Both the position numbers and the translations under genes were made by a program. Shown here in pieces: positions 13,685 through 27,159 of a stretch of 64,000 bases of DNA. A model generated the notes under the pieces. The model ran no database searches. It was not told where the DNA came from and saw nothing but the letters and a program-made list of their open reading frames with translations. Each line of letters starts with the position of its first letter. The stretch's first letter is position 1. The stretch comes from the human T2T-CHM13v2.0 reference genome, Homo sapiens. The stretch lies in the NCBI RefSeq assembly GCF_009914755.1, contig NC_060927.1. The stretch is one strand, 5' to 3'.

Positions 13685-14297
13685 GGTGACATAATGGAAG
13701 ACAACATCCAGGCAAAAACAAAAATGATTTCAGTGGATGGATTGATCTGGCCTGGAGCAGTGGTCTCATTCAGGGGTGTACCTGTTCCTGAGCACCATGA
13801 GATGGCCCCTGGGAGGTCCCAGTGCAGAGGATCCTGACCACACGTGGAGAAAACAGCCTTGCAGGTAGTCTGCTTTCAAGATCGGGGGACTGGACTCAGA
13901 GACTAAGAGGCAGGAGAATGTGAGGGAAGGAAGCTGAGCTTTAGCACCAGATGCACCCAGGCCTGATAGCTGGTGTGCATGGCAAGTCAGTTTCTTCTTT
14001 TGAGCTCCAGTTCTACTGTCTACACCCCTGTCACTTAAAGCGTGCTCCTGACCAACAAGATCAAGCTGGTAGACATGCAGAATCTTAGGCCACACCCCAG
14101 AACTACAGAATCAGAATCTGTATTTTATTGAAGTTTAGCAAGCACTGACTTACACAGTGGAAATAACAATACTTTTTTCAAAAGGACTTTGTGAAGATTC
14201 TTAACAGTAATTACTACCATTTACTTGATACTCACTATGTGCTAGATACTAGGATAATCTAGAGGAGGGGCCTAGCTTAGTGCCTGCACATAGTAAG

Positions 14298-14808
14298 TGC
14301 TGTGTCTGAATGTTTGTGTTCCTCCAAAATTCACCTGTTGAAACCTAAACCCCAAGGTGATGGAGGTGGGGCCTTTGGAAGGTAATTAAGTCATAAGATT
14401 GAAGCCTTATAAATGGGATTAGTGTCCCTATAAAACAGGCCCCAGAGAGCTGCCCATGCCTATCCACTATGTGAGGTCACAGCAAGCAGGCACCAACTAT
14501 AAACCAACAAACAGGCACTCACCAGATATCAAGTCCAGCAGTGCCTTGACCTTGGACTTCCCAGCCTCCAGAACTACAAGAAATGAATTTCTGTGATGTT
14601 TATTTTTTATTTTTATTTTTTGTAGAGATAGGGGCTTGCTTTGTTGCCCAGGCTGGTCTTGAACTCCTGGCTTCAAGTTATCCTCCCACCTCAGCCTCCC
14701 AAAGTGCTGAGATTACAGGAATAAGGTACCATGCCTAGCCTAAACTTGTTATTTATAAGCTATCTAGCCTATGGAATTTTTTTATAGCAGCACAAATGGA
14801 CTAAGACA
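14298..14808 (+). mobile_element. MLT1A-like MaLR LTR interrupted by a FLAM
   Basis: tgtctgaatgtttgtgttcctccaaaattc...ggacttcccagcctccagaac...tatagcagcacaaatggactaagaca. Confidence 0.75.
14599..14740 (-). mobile_element. Alu monomer (FLAM)
   Basis: T-rich tail followed by tgttgcccaggctggtcttgaactcctgg...cccaaagtgctgagattacagg. Confidence 0.85.
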
Positions 14809-15871
14809 ATAAATCTTCAATATGTGGCAGCTACTGTTTAAAAGAGCCTGACTCAGGAGGAGGAAGGAGCCTGAATGTTGGAATCTGACACCACCAACCC
14901 TCACACTGTCTCTGCCGCTCTGAGACAATGAGAACTTGGGTAAGTTATTTAACCCCTCTGAGCCTTGACTCGCTGATCTGTAAACTGGGCTTACCTCACA
15001 GGGAGGTTGTGAAACTTCAGTGAGAAATCGTGTGTTCAGTGGCTGCCCTGCACCTGGCAACACAAAGGAGTCCAGCAGATATCTGGTCATTTTCTCTTCT
15101 CCCTACAACCAGACCTAGCAAGACTTTGTTGTGGAAGAGACCCAGACATCTTGAATCATTCTCAATCTTGCACCTAGCCCTACCTCTCTATATTATTCAT
15201 TCACGTATCTACTGAGAAAATGCTTTCTGAGCATCTACTATGGGCCAAGCACAATGCTATGTGGACAGGCACTGCAGCTGTGGTCCCTGACTCATGAAAC
15301 CCAACCTGGCCTTGTAGAGAGAATAAAATAGGCCTGTTTACCCACCTGCTTTGAGAGCTGTAAAAACAAAGCACATTGTCTCTCGGCAGCCATCTGAAAC
15401 AATTAGTCTCAATTCTCAGCCCTAATGTGCTTCCATACTGTGAAAAAGTACTTTTTCAAGGGGGGAAGAAGACATAAATTAGTATAATAATGCAATTAAA
15501 ATGCATTTTCCTTCCACTTATTTAAATTACTCTTTTTTACATCTTAAGAAAGTGCATCCTTTCTTGGAAGTATTTAAAAAGATTCAAAGAGATTGTTAAG
15601 ATGAAGCAAGAAACGCCCCAAACACAAAACACAAACACCGTGCCCTGCAAACCAAGGAAAGCCACCCTCCCCGCAATGATGACTGCCCATGTCTACAAAA
15701 GACTCTGGACTTTGGGGCTCCACAAAGGCCCTTGGATGGAATTTCCCAGGACCAGGTCACTAGCCCTCTCGGTAAACACTTGTTTGTGTATTTGTTCATT
15801 CTCTCAAAATTTTCTTCTGTGCTGGCACTAGGAATCTCTGGGCCTGGCACTAGGAACACTGAGATGGATAG

Positions 15872-18515
15872 TGATATTGTTTGAATATTTGTGCTTCTCC
15901 AAATCTCATGTTGAAATGTAATCCCCGGTATTGGAGGTGGGGTCTAGTGGAGGTGTTTGGGTCATGAGGGCATATCCCTCATGAATGGCTTGGCATCATT
16001 CCCTTGGTGATGAGTGAGTTCATGCAAGATCTGGTTGTTTAAAAGTGTATGGCACCTCCTGCTCTCTTGCTCCTACTCTGGCCATGTGAGACACCTGTTC
16101 CCCCTTTGCCTTCCACCATGATCACAAGCTTCCTGAGGCCTTCCCAGAAGCAGGTATCAGTGCCACGCTTTCTGTACAGCCTGCAGAACTGTCAGTCAAT
16201 TAAAACTGCTTTTCTTTATAAATTACCAAGCCTCTTCAATGAAATTCAACATCCATTCCTGTTAAAAACTGTCAATAAATTAGGTATTGAACGAACATAC
16301 CTCAAAATTATAATAGTCATCTATGACAAACCTACAGCCAACATCATAATAAATGGGCAAATGCTGGAAACACTCCCCTTGAAAACTAGCACAAGACAAG
16401 GATGCCCTCTCTCACCAGTCCTATTGAACACAGTATTGGAAGTTCTGGCTAGGGCAATCAGGCAAGAGAAAGAAATAAAGAACATTCAAATAGGAAGAGA
16501 GGAAGTCAAACTATCCCTGTTTGCAGATGACATGATCCTATATCTAGAAAACCCCATCATCTCACCCAAAAGCTTCTTAAGCGATAAGCAACTTCAGCAA
16601 AGTCTCAGGATACAAAATTAATGTGTAAAAATCGCTAGCATTCCTAAACACCAAAAGACATCAAGCAGAAAGCCAAATCATGAATGAACTCCCATTCACA
16701 ATTGCCACAAAAAGAATGAAATACCTAGGAATACAGCTAACGATGGAGGTGAAAGAGCTATACAAGAATAACTACAAACCACTGCTCATAGAAATCAGAC
16801 ATGATACAAACAAATGAAAAAACATATCATGCTCATGGATAGGAAGAATTAACATCATTACAATGGCCATACTGCCCAAAGCAATTTATAGATTCAGTGC
16901 TATTCCCATTAAACTACCATTGACATTATTCACAGAACTAGAGAAAACTATTTTAAAATTAATATAGAACCAAAAAAGAACCCAAATAGCCAAGGCAATC
17001 CTAAGCAAAAAGAACAAAGCTGGAAGTATCACGCTATCTGATTTCAAACTATACTACAAGGCTACAGTAACCAAAACAACCTGGTACTGGAACAAGAACT
17101 AGACCAGTGGAATAGAATAGAGAACCCAGAAATAAACCTGTATACCTACAGCCATCTGATCTTCAACCAACCCGATGAAAGCAAGCAATGGGAAAAGGAT
17201 TCCCTGTTCAATAAATAGTGCTGGGATAAATGGCTAGCCATATGCAGAAAATTGAAACTGAACCCTTTGCTTATACCATATGCAAAAATTAACTCAAGAT
17301 GGGTTAAAGACTTAAATGTAAAACCCAAAACTATAAAAACCCTGGAAGGCAACCTAGGCAATATCGTTCAGGACATAGGCACGGGCAAAGATCTTATGAT
17401 AAAGACGCCAAAAGCAAACACAACGAAAGCAAAAGTTGACAAATGGGATCTAATTAAACTTAAGAGCTCCTGCACAGCAAAAGAAACTATCAACAGAGTA
17501 AACAGACAATCTACAGAATGGGAGAAAAATTTTGCAAACTATGCATCTGACAAACATCTAATATCCAGCATCTATAAGGAATTTAAACAAATTTACAAGA
17601 AAGAAAAACCACTAAAAAATGGGCAAAGGACATGAACAGACACGTTTCAAAAAAAGACATACATGAGGCCAACAAGCATATGAAAAATTACTTAACATCT
17701 CTGATCATTAGAGAAATGCAAATCAAAACCACAATGAGATACCATCTCACTCCAATCAGAATGGCTATTGTTAAAAAGTCAAAAAATAACAGATTCTTGC
17801 AAGGTTTTGGAGAAAAAGGAACACTTATACACTGTTCATGGGAGTGTAAATTAGTTCAAACATTGTGGAAGACAGGGTGGCGATTCTTCAAAGACCTAAA
17901 GACAGAAATATCATTCGACCCAACAATGCCATTACTGGGTATATACCCAAAGGAATATAAATCATTCTATTATAAAGACACATGCATGTGTATGTTCGTT
18001 GCAGGACTATTCACAATAACAAAGACATGTAATCAACCTAAATGCCCATCAATGAGAGACTGGATAAAGAAAATGTGGTACATACACACCATGGAATACT
18101 ATGCAGCCGTAAAAGAGAATGAGATCATGTCCTTTGCAGGGACATGGATGGAGCTGGAGGCCATTATCCTAAGAAAACTAACACAGGAAGAGAAAACAAA
18201 ATACCACATGTTCTCACTTATAAGTGGGAGCTAAATGATGAGAAAACTTGGACACGTAGAAGAGAACAACACACACTGGGACCTATCGGAAGGTGGAAGG
18301 TGGGAGGAGGGAGAAAATCAGGAAAAATAACTAATGGGTACTAGGCTGAATACATGGGTGATAAAATAATCTGTACAACAAACCCCCATGACACCCACTT
18401 ACGTATGTAACATGTACCCCTGAACTTAAAAGAAAAGTTAAAAATAAATAAATTAATTAATTAATTACCAAGCCTCAGGCATTTCTTTATAGCAATGCAA
18501 AAATGGCCTAACACA
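15872..18515 (+). mobile_element. MST MaLR LTR (15872-16234 + 18477-18515) split by an L1
   Basis: tgatattgtttgaatatttgtg start, ggcctaacaca end; imperfect TSD GATAG/GAAAG; flanked on both sides by L2 sequence. Confidence 0.85.
16235..18462 (+). mobile_element. 5'-truncated L1PA (about L1PA11-16), ORF2 RT/C-terminal region plus 3' UTR
   Basis: ORF2 peptides [25 protein letters not shown]; A-rich tail; 14-bp TSD AATTACCAAGCCTC at 16221-16234 and 18463-18476. Confidence 0.95.
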
Positions 18516-19044
18516 GAAAGGACACAGTCCCTGCCCTCAAGGGGAATGTCTAGTAGGAAGGCAGTCAAGCAAAAAAGAGTAGGACCCCAGGACCACCAGT
18601 GCTCTAACAGGGACACACACAGAGAAAGGGCCCCACACAGCCTGGCAGGGGGGCAGTGGCAGGGTGGGCTCCTCATAGGTGACCTTTTAGCTGAGTCCCC
18701 AAGGATGAAAAAGAATAGCCAGATGGGGGAGTGGATAAGGGGTTGTCCAGGCAGAGGGGCCAGCAGGGACAAAGCAATGGGTGTGTGGGAGAGTGTGGAG
18801 AGGAGAGGGGAATTAAGTCACCTGAGAAGATTAGTGGCAGGAAGTGAGACAGGGCTAGGGTGTAGGGACTTTGTCCTGAGGACTTTAAGAAACCGGAATG
18901 AGCCCCCAGGGAGCAGAAGTGGAGGGCCTAGTAGCCCAGAAATCACAAAATGAAGCCAGACACCCAACCTGCGAAGGACACAGTGGCAAGTCCCATTCCG
19001 TCCTCTGGAAAGCGCCGAGATTGGTATCCTGAATTATTGGTTTT

Positions 19045-19063
19045 GTGTCGCCACCTGCTGGCA
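19045..19063 (-). promoter_or_regulatory. Candidate CTCF binding site
   Basis: Minus strand TGCCAGCAGGTGGCGACAC matches the CTCF core CCASYAGRKGGCR; lies in non-repeat sequence. Confidence 0.6.
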
Positions 19064-19805
19064 AATTTTAAATTTGGTTCAATCAAATATTCAAAGAGAG
19101 AAACTTAAAAAAAAAAAAAAACAGAATAATTGCAGGCAACTTCCTTGAAGTTACAAAAGACCAAGTTAGAGTAAAACTTATTATAAAAAGAATATTATTT
19201 GAATTTAATTCAATAACAGGAGAGGAAAGCCTCACCTGAGATTACTGGGTTCAAAACCAAGCTCTACTACTTACCTGGTAAAATCACTTCACTTATCTTA
19301 CCTTGACGTCCATAAAGTGAGATAATATTTTCTCAACTCACAGTTGTTGAGGGGAATAAAAGACATCAAGTGTGTAAAGAGCCTGGCACGTGGTGGAAAT
19401 CCAACAGGATTTGGGGTTAGGGTGGTGGAAAACCGGCTTTGCACATGACCTATGGCCACCTCCTGCAACTCCTCCACTTCCTGTACTGGAAAGCTTCACT
19501 TAATCCTTTAGGTCTGAGACCTCAGGGAATGACATAGCCCCACACATGAACCACAGGCCAGGACAACTCCCTGCTCCCTTTTCCACTTTCTTACAGACCC
19601 CAGGAACTGAGGTGTCCCTTTCTGTGTTTCATGACCTGAACACTTGACCTGGCTGCCGTATGGGCAAAGGTTTTTCCATCATGCCTCTTCCCAAACCTCC
19701 TGTGAAGCCTGCTGATACCTGACTAGTTGATAATCCTAGAAAAACAGACAGGGAGCAGCAGAAAAGACAGATGGGGGAATGAATAACTAAGCTGAAGAAA
19801 TCTTT

Positions 19806-22800
19806 TGTGTGTGTGTGGGTTCATACTACAGGTATATGTGTGTATGTATGTATCTCATGGGTTACATGAGATATTTTGATATAGGCAAATAATACAGGCA
19901 TTTATTTTTTGTGTTACAATCTAATTATATTCTTTTAGTTATTTTTACATGTCCAATAAATGATTGTTGACTGTAGTCACCCCGTCGTGCTATTAAATAC
20001 TATATCTTACTCATTCTAGCTATATTTTTGCACTCATTAACCATCCCCATTACCCTTCCCACTAGCCTTCTCAACCTCTTGTAACCTACCTTTTACTCTC
20101 TATTTCCATGAGTTCAATTGCTTTAATTTTTAGCTTCCACAAATAAGTGAGAACATGCAAAGTTTGTCTTTCTTTGCCTGGTTTGTATCACTTAACATAA
20201 TGACCTTAGTTCCATCCATGTTGTTGCTAATGACAGGATCTTATTCTTTTTTATGGCTGAATAGTACTCCATTGTGTGTATGTACCACTTTTTCTTTAGT
20301 CATTCATCTGTTGATAGACACTTAGGATGCCTCCAAATCTTGGCTATTGTGAATAGTGCTGCAACAAAATGAGAATGCAGATATCCCTTTGATACACTGA
20401 TTTCCTTTCCTTTGGGTATATACCTAGCAGTGGGATTGCTGGATCATATGGTAGCTCTATTTTTAGTTTTCTGAGGAATCTCCAAACTGTTCTCCCTAGT
20501 GGCTGCACTAATTTACATTCCCACCATCAGTTTATAAGGGTTTCCTTTTCTCCACATCTTCACCAGCAAGTGTTATTGCCGGTCTTTTGGAAAAAGGCCA
20601 TTTTAACTGGGGTAAGATGATATCTCATTGTAGTTTTGATTTGCATTTCTCTGATAATTAGCGATGTTGAGCAACTTTACATATACCTCTTTGCCATTTG
20701 AATGCCTTGTTTTGAGAAACGTCTATTCATATATTTTGTCTATTTTTAATTTGATTATTATATTTTTTCCTATAGTGTTGTTCGAGCTCCTTATATATTC
20801 TGGTTATCAATCCATTGTTAGATGAGTAGTTTGCAAATATTTTCTTCAGTTCTGTGGGTTGCCTCTTCATTTTGTTGATTGTTTGCTGTGCAGAAGCTTT
20901 TCAACTTGAAGAGATCTCATTTGTCCATTTGTTGCTTTGGTTGTCTATGATTGTGGATATTACACAAGCAATCTTTGCCCAGTCCAGTGCTAGAGAGTTT
21001 CTCTAATGTTTTCTTTCCATGGTGTCATAATTTCAGGTCTTATATTTAAGTCTTTAGTACATTTTGATTTGATTTTTGTATATGGTGAGAGATAGAAGTC
21101 TAGTTTCATTCTTATGTATATGGATATCTGGCTTTCCCAGCACCATTTATTGAAGACACCGTCCTTTCCCCCAGTGTACGTTCTTGGCAACTTTGTTGAA
21201 AATGAGTCGATTGTAGATGTATGTATTTGTTTCTGGGTTATCTATTCTGTTCCATTGGTCTATGTGTCTATCTTTATGCCAATACCATGCTGTTTTGGTT
21301 ACTACAGCTCTGTAGTATAATTTGAAGTCAGGTAATACGATTCCTACAGTTTTGTTCTTTTTGCTCAAGCTAGCTTTGGCTATTCTGGGTCTTTTGTGAT
21401 TCTATATAAATTTTAAGATTATTTTTTCTATTTCGGTGAAGAATGTTACTGGTAGTTTGATCAGGATTGTGATGAATCTGTAGATTGCTTTGGGTAGTGT
21501 GGATATTTTAACAATATTGATTCTCCAAATCCATAAACATGGAATATCTTTCCATTTTTTTGTGTCCTCTTTGATTTCTTCAATCAATATTTTACATTTT
21601 TCATTGTAGAGATCTTTCACTTCTTTGGTTAATTCCTAGGCATTTTACAGTATTTGTAGGTATTGTGAATGGGATTACTTTCTTAATTTCTTTTTCAGCT
21701 TGCTTGGTGTTGACATATAGAACTGCTACTCATTTTTAGATGTAGATTTTGTATCCTGCAACTTTACTGAATTTATCAGTGCTGAGTTTTCTTGTGGAGT
21801 CTTTGGGTTTTTCCAAATATAAGATTATATTATCTACAAACAAGGATAATTTGTCTTCTTCCTTTCCAATTTGAATGTTCTTTATTTCTTTCTCTTGTCT
21901 AATTGCTCCAGCTAGGACGTCCAGTGCAATGTTGAATAACAGAGGTGAAAGTGAGCGTTCTTGTCTTCCTACAGATCTTAGAAGAAAGTCTTTCAGTTTT
22001 TCCCCATTCAGTATGATACTAGTTGTGGGTCTGTTTTATATGACTTTTATTGTGTTGAGATATGTTTCTTCTCTACCCAGATTTTTTAGGATTTTTATCA
22101 TGAAAGGATGCTGAATATTATCAAATGCTTTTTCAGCATCAATTGAAGTGACTATATGATTTTTGTCCTTCATTCTGTTGATATGATGTGTCACATTGAT
22201 TGATTTGTGTATGTTGAAGCATCTTTGCATCCCTGGAATAAATTCTACTTGGCCATGATGAGTGACCTTTTTAATGTGTTGTTGGTTTTGGTTTGCTAGT
22301 ATTTTGCTAAGGATTTTTGCATTAATGTTCATCAGATATATTGGCCTGTAGTTTTCTCTGATGTGTCTTAATCTGGTTTTGGTATCACAGTAATACTGGC
22401 CTGGTAGAATGAGTTAGGAAGTATTCCTTCAAAATCTCTGATTTTAATTATTTGGGTTGTCTCTCTTTTTCTTTTAGTTTGCTTCCTCTGACTGTATATT
22501 GTCAAATAGGCTATCTCCGAGCTCACTAATTCTTTCTTCTGAAAGATTAAGTCTCTTGTTAAGAGACCCCGATGCATTCTTCCGTATGTCAGTTGCATTT
22601 TTCAACTCCAGAATTTCTGCTTGATTCATTTTAATTATTTCAATCTCTTTGATAATTTTATCTGAGAGAACCTTCAATTCCTTCTCTGTATTATCTTGAA
22701 TTTCATTGAGTTTCCTCAAAACAGCTATTTTGAATTCTCTGTCTAAAATGTTACATATCTCTGTCTCTGCAGGATTGGTCCCTGGTGCTTCATTTAGTTC

Positions 22801-24888
22801 ATTAGGCAAGGTCATGTTTTCCTGGATGGTCTTGATGCTTGTGGATGTTCATCAGTGTCTGGACATTGAAGAGTTAGGTATTTATTGTAGTCTTCATTGT
22901 CTGGACTTGTTTGTACCCATCCTTCTTGTGAAGACTTCCCAGGTATTTGAAGAGACTTGAGTGTTTTAATTGGTTTTTGGTCACTGCAGCCATATCTGCA
23001 TTAGGGTGCACCCCAAGACCAGTAATGCTGCGCCTCTTGAAGACTCATAGAGGTACTGCCTTGATGATCTTGGATAAGATCCAGAATTCTCTGGATTACC
23101 AAACAGGGACTCTTATTCTTTTTCCTTACTTTCTCCCAAACAAATGAAGTCTCTCTCTCTCTGTGCTGGGCTGCCTGGAGCTGGGAGAGGGGTAACACAG
23201 GTATCCCTCTGGCTACCACCACTGAGACTGTTCTGGGTCAGACCTGAAGCCCACATATCACTGGGTCTTGCCCAAGGCCTGTGGTAACCACTGCCTTGTT
23301 ACTGCCTATGTTCATGTTCATTTAAGGCTATAGGGCACAAAAAATCAGCATGTGGCAAAGCCAGCCAAGCTTGTGTCCTTCCCTTAAGGGTGACAAGTTC
23401 CCCTGGCCCTAAGCAGGTCCAAAGATGCCATCCAGGATCCAGCATCTGGCATCAGAAACCTTAGGAATTTACCTGGTGCTCTATTCTATTGTAGTTGAGC
23501 TGGCACCCAAGCCATAATACAAAGTCCTTCCCATTCTTCCCTCCCCTTTCCATAAGCAGAGGATTCTCTCCGCGTGGCCACCACTGTCCCAGGCACATGA
23601 AGAGTACTGCCTGGCTAATGCCAATGTTCACTCAAGGCCTCAAAGGCTCTCCACTCAGCTTGTGGTAAATGCTGCCAGGCTTGGGACACTCTCTTCAAGG
23701 CAGTGGGCTTCCCTCTGTTCCAGGACAGGTCTAGAAATGCCATCCAAGAGCCAAGGCCTGGAATCAGGGACCCCCAAAGCCGGCTTATTGCTCTACCCCC
23801 ACTGTGGCCGAGTTGGTATCTAAGCTGAAAGATAAAGTCCCCTTTACTCTTCCCTTTTCTTTTATGAAGCAGAAGGAGTCTCCCTGTATCCAGTACAGCT
23901 AGGAATGAACGGGTCACACCTGAAGCCAGCATATCTCTGAGTGTCACCCAAGGCCCATGGTAAGTAGTGCCTGGCTACCACTGCTGATTATTCAGGGCCC
24001 AAGGGCTCTTTAATCTGTAGGTGATGAATCCTGCCAGGACTGAGTCCTTCCCTTTAAGACAGTAGGTTCCATTCTGGCCCAGAGTGTGTCTAGAAATGTC
24101 ACCTGGGAGCTAGGGCCTGGAATGGGATCCTCAGAACTGCCTAGTGCCCATGTTACTGTGGCTGAATTGGTATCCAAGTTGCAAGACAAAGTCCTCTTTA
24201 CTCTTCCCTCTCCTCTCCCAAAGCAGAAGGAAGGAGTTCTTCCTGGAGCTACAAGCTACACCGCCTGGGGTTGGGAGGAGGGGTGACACAAGCACTCCCT
24301 TGGCTGCCTCAGCTGGTGTATCATTAGGTTATGTGCTCTCCAAGTCCAGTGGTTCTGAGCCTAGCACAGTGTCAGGAGTTGCCCAGGAATGGTGGTCCCC
24401 ATGACCTAGACTGCCTTTCAGGTTCATTTAGGACTCAAGGTATTTTAGCCCACAGTGGCTAGGCCTGCCAGAACTCAGATTCCAACCACTGGGATGGGCA
24501 ATTCCCCTTTCTCTAGGGTTTATCTAAATACTCTCTCCATCGGCACTGGCTGAGTTCTCCCATTGCTTTCTGCAACAGGGCAGCACTGAGTTCCAATGCA
24601 AAGTCTCACAATCACTGGACTCTCCCTCCCCCAAGCACATAGATTATCTCTCCATGCTGCAAAGCCATTGCTGGGGGAAGAGGGAAGGGTGCTGTAGGTG
24701 ATTTAAGACTGTATTTTCTACCCTTTTCAGTACCTTTTCCTTAATGTGATGTCAAAACCAGGTACTGTGATCACTTATCTGATTTTTGGTTCTTATGAAG
24801 GTGATTTTTTGTGTGTATAGTTGTTCATTTGGTATTTTTGCAGGAGGACAAAGGGTAGAGGCTTCTACTCAGGCATCTTGCTTGTGAT
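19806..24888 (-). mobile_element. L1MA-type element with long 5' UTR and large internal deletions
   Basis: Minus-strand ORF2 peptides ([27 protein letters not shown]) and ORF1 N-terminus (REFKIAVLRKLNEIQDN); candidate TSD tgaagaaatcttt (19793-19805) / tgaataaatcttt (24889-24901). Confidence 0.9.
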
Positions 24889-25419
24889 TGAATAAATCTT
24901 TAATATTTTATCGAGGTGTTAATAAAAGACTATCTTCACTTCACTGAACCCCAATTTCCCCCTCCATGAAAAGGGAACAACATATGGCTCATGAGACAAG
25001 TCATGTGAAGTTGCCTGGCACAGTCCTAGCATGCAAAAGACCTGCATATATGGAAGTTACTACAGGAATTATGATAGATAACCTACCTTATTGCAAAACA
25101 GCTTCAAGCATTGGATTAGGGGAGGGGGGCATTATATACCATTTTGGTCTCTTCCAGCCTAAGACTCGGTTCCATTATTTTAAGTCATCTTGAAGATTTG
25201 GGAGTGGAGCACAAGACAGGTAAGGCTTTATATTGACAAGAAAAGAGTCAAATGTGGGTGGCCTTGCTAGGAGGGCCCATATAGAGATCTATAGCACTGG
25301 GGCCTCTGGAGAAAGAGGGGGAAGGGAAGAGAATCCTGAAAGGAGATGTAGAATGAAAGATGCTCCTATCAATCAACATCATTTCACTGAAACACACCAG
25401 CCACAGCCTCAATAATGGT

Positions 25420-25660
25420 ACAACTACCATCTGCCTTCCTTATGTTTATCCCTGTGCTAAACACACTCTGCTTAATAAACCATTCTAATTTAATGTTCTC
25501 AACCACCTCATGAGTAATTACTATTACTCCCATTTTACAGATGAGAAACTGGATTTAGAGAGGTGAAGTTGCTGGTCACCCTGCCTAGTAAGATATGGAG
25601 TCAGGATTTCAACCCCACCTACCTCCAGAGCCTGTATACTATCTACCATTTCACTGTGCT
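25420..25660 (-). mobile_element. MIR SINE
   Basis: cccattttacagatgagaaactgga...gaggtgaag...ggatttcaaccc core. Confidence 0.7.
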
Positions 25661-25846
25661 ACAAAATTCCATTTATTCTTTCTTCAAAATGCCCCGAGGA
25701 GTTGTCTTTCCTCTGCACCTTCCGATGTTCTGAGCTCATCATGTAACAGTTGTATTTCAGCCTCCTGACTTATGATCCCGCCCCATAAATCCATACCACA
25801 CCACCACACTGCTTTCTGCCTGCCACTGCCACTGCAGACTCCAGGT

Positions 25847-26054
25847 CAGCACTGTCGAATAGAACTTTCTGCAATTATGGAAATGTCCTAAATCTGTTCT
25901 GTCCAATATGCTAGCCACTAGCCACAAGAGGCTACTGAGCACTTGAAATGTGGCTATCGTGACTGAGTAACTGAATTTTTAATCCCATTCCTTTTAACTA
26001 ATTTAAATTGAAATAGACACATGTAGAAAGTGGCTGCCATATTGGATAGTGTGG
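25847..26054 (+). mobile_element. MER3 (hAT-Charlie) DNA transposon fossil
   Basis: cagcactgtcgaatagaactttctgc...agccactagccac...cacttgaaatgtggcta...atattggatagtgtgg. Confidence 0.85.
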
Positions 26055-27159
26055 ATGATGATAGACTACTGTAAACTTAACTACGGGGCAACCACATTTG
26101 TAGCTGCTGTGCCAGAGATGATATCTTTATTAGAACAAATGAACATAGCCTCTGGTACTTCAAATGCAACAATTGATCTATCCCCAGTAACAAAAATAAT
26201 TAAATAACTTTACATTCACCTGGAGTGGATAGCAGTGCATATTCATAATCTTGCCCTTGGGCTAAAGAAATGTTCCTTCTATGTTACAATATTTGGAAGG
26301 AATCTTGACTTTCCAGATGTCAGGAATCCTGATACTCAAAGGTTAGTCCATAACGTTGATGACATCACATTAATTAGACGTAGAGACTAGGAAGTAGCAA
26401 GTACTTTGGACATGTTGGAAAGATGTATTCTTACCAGAGAGTGGGAAATAAACTCTAACAAATGTTCAGAGAACTGCCATGTTGGTTCTTAGGAACTGTC
26501 ATCCAAGTTTCTAGGAGTCCATGGTCTGGGGTATGCCAAGATAATTTCTCCAGAGTAAAGAACAAATTATTGTACCTTGTGCCACCTACCACTAACAAGA
26601 AATACAATGCTTGCTTCAGGTTTGGGAGAGGGCATATACTGCACTAGAAAATACTTCTCTGACCCACTTCCAGATAACAAGGAAGGCCAAGAGAGAGCTT
26701 TGCAGCACATTTCAGGCTGCAGTAGGAGGCCCTACTGTTTGGGCCATATGGTTTGGCAGATCCAATGATGTTAGAGGCAAATGTGGTCATTAAGGACACT
26801 CTATTGTGTCTCTGGTAATCCCTTATAGGAGAGTTGCAGCCCAGACCCCTAAGGTTCTGAAGCAAGGCCAGGTTGCCTACAGCAGAGAACTATTTGCCAC
26901 TTAAAAAAGCAGCTCTGGCACACTACTGGACCCTGGAAGAAACTGAGCATGACCATTGAATATCATAAGCTGGTATAATTCTCAGACCCACCAAATCATA
27001 AGTTCAGGCAGGCATAGTTGCAATCTGTTATGCAATAAAAATGGTACATTTGGGATCAGCCTCAAGCAAGTAGGAGAAAAGTTAAATTGTATGAACAGGT
27101 GGCCCAGACTCGTAGGTACTCTGCCTCTCTAGCACTGATGTCTCACCATCAGCTCATAC
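26055..27159 (+). mobile_element. Ancient ERV-L internal pol (RT) fossil, 5' part
   Basis: Degenerate translation IDYCKLN...AAVPEMISLLEQMN...IDL and LVHNVDDI (the ERV-L YIDD region); many stops and frameshifts. Confidence 0.8.

Noticed and set aside
17252-18234. 127-aa and 200-aa ORFs
   Set aside because: Frameshifted L1 ORF2 fragments of a 5'-truncated copy.
18495-18953. 152-aa ORF
   Set aside because: Spans the MST end and an L2 fossil; no recognisable domain.
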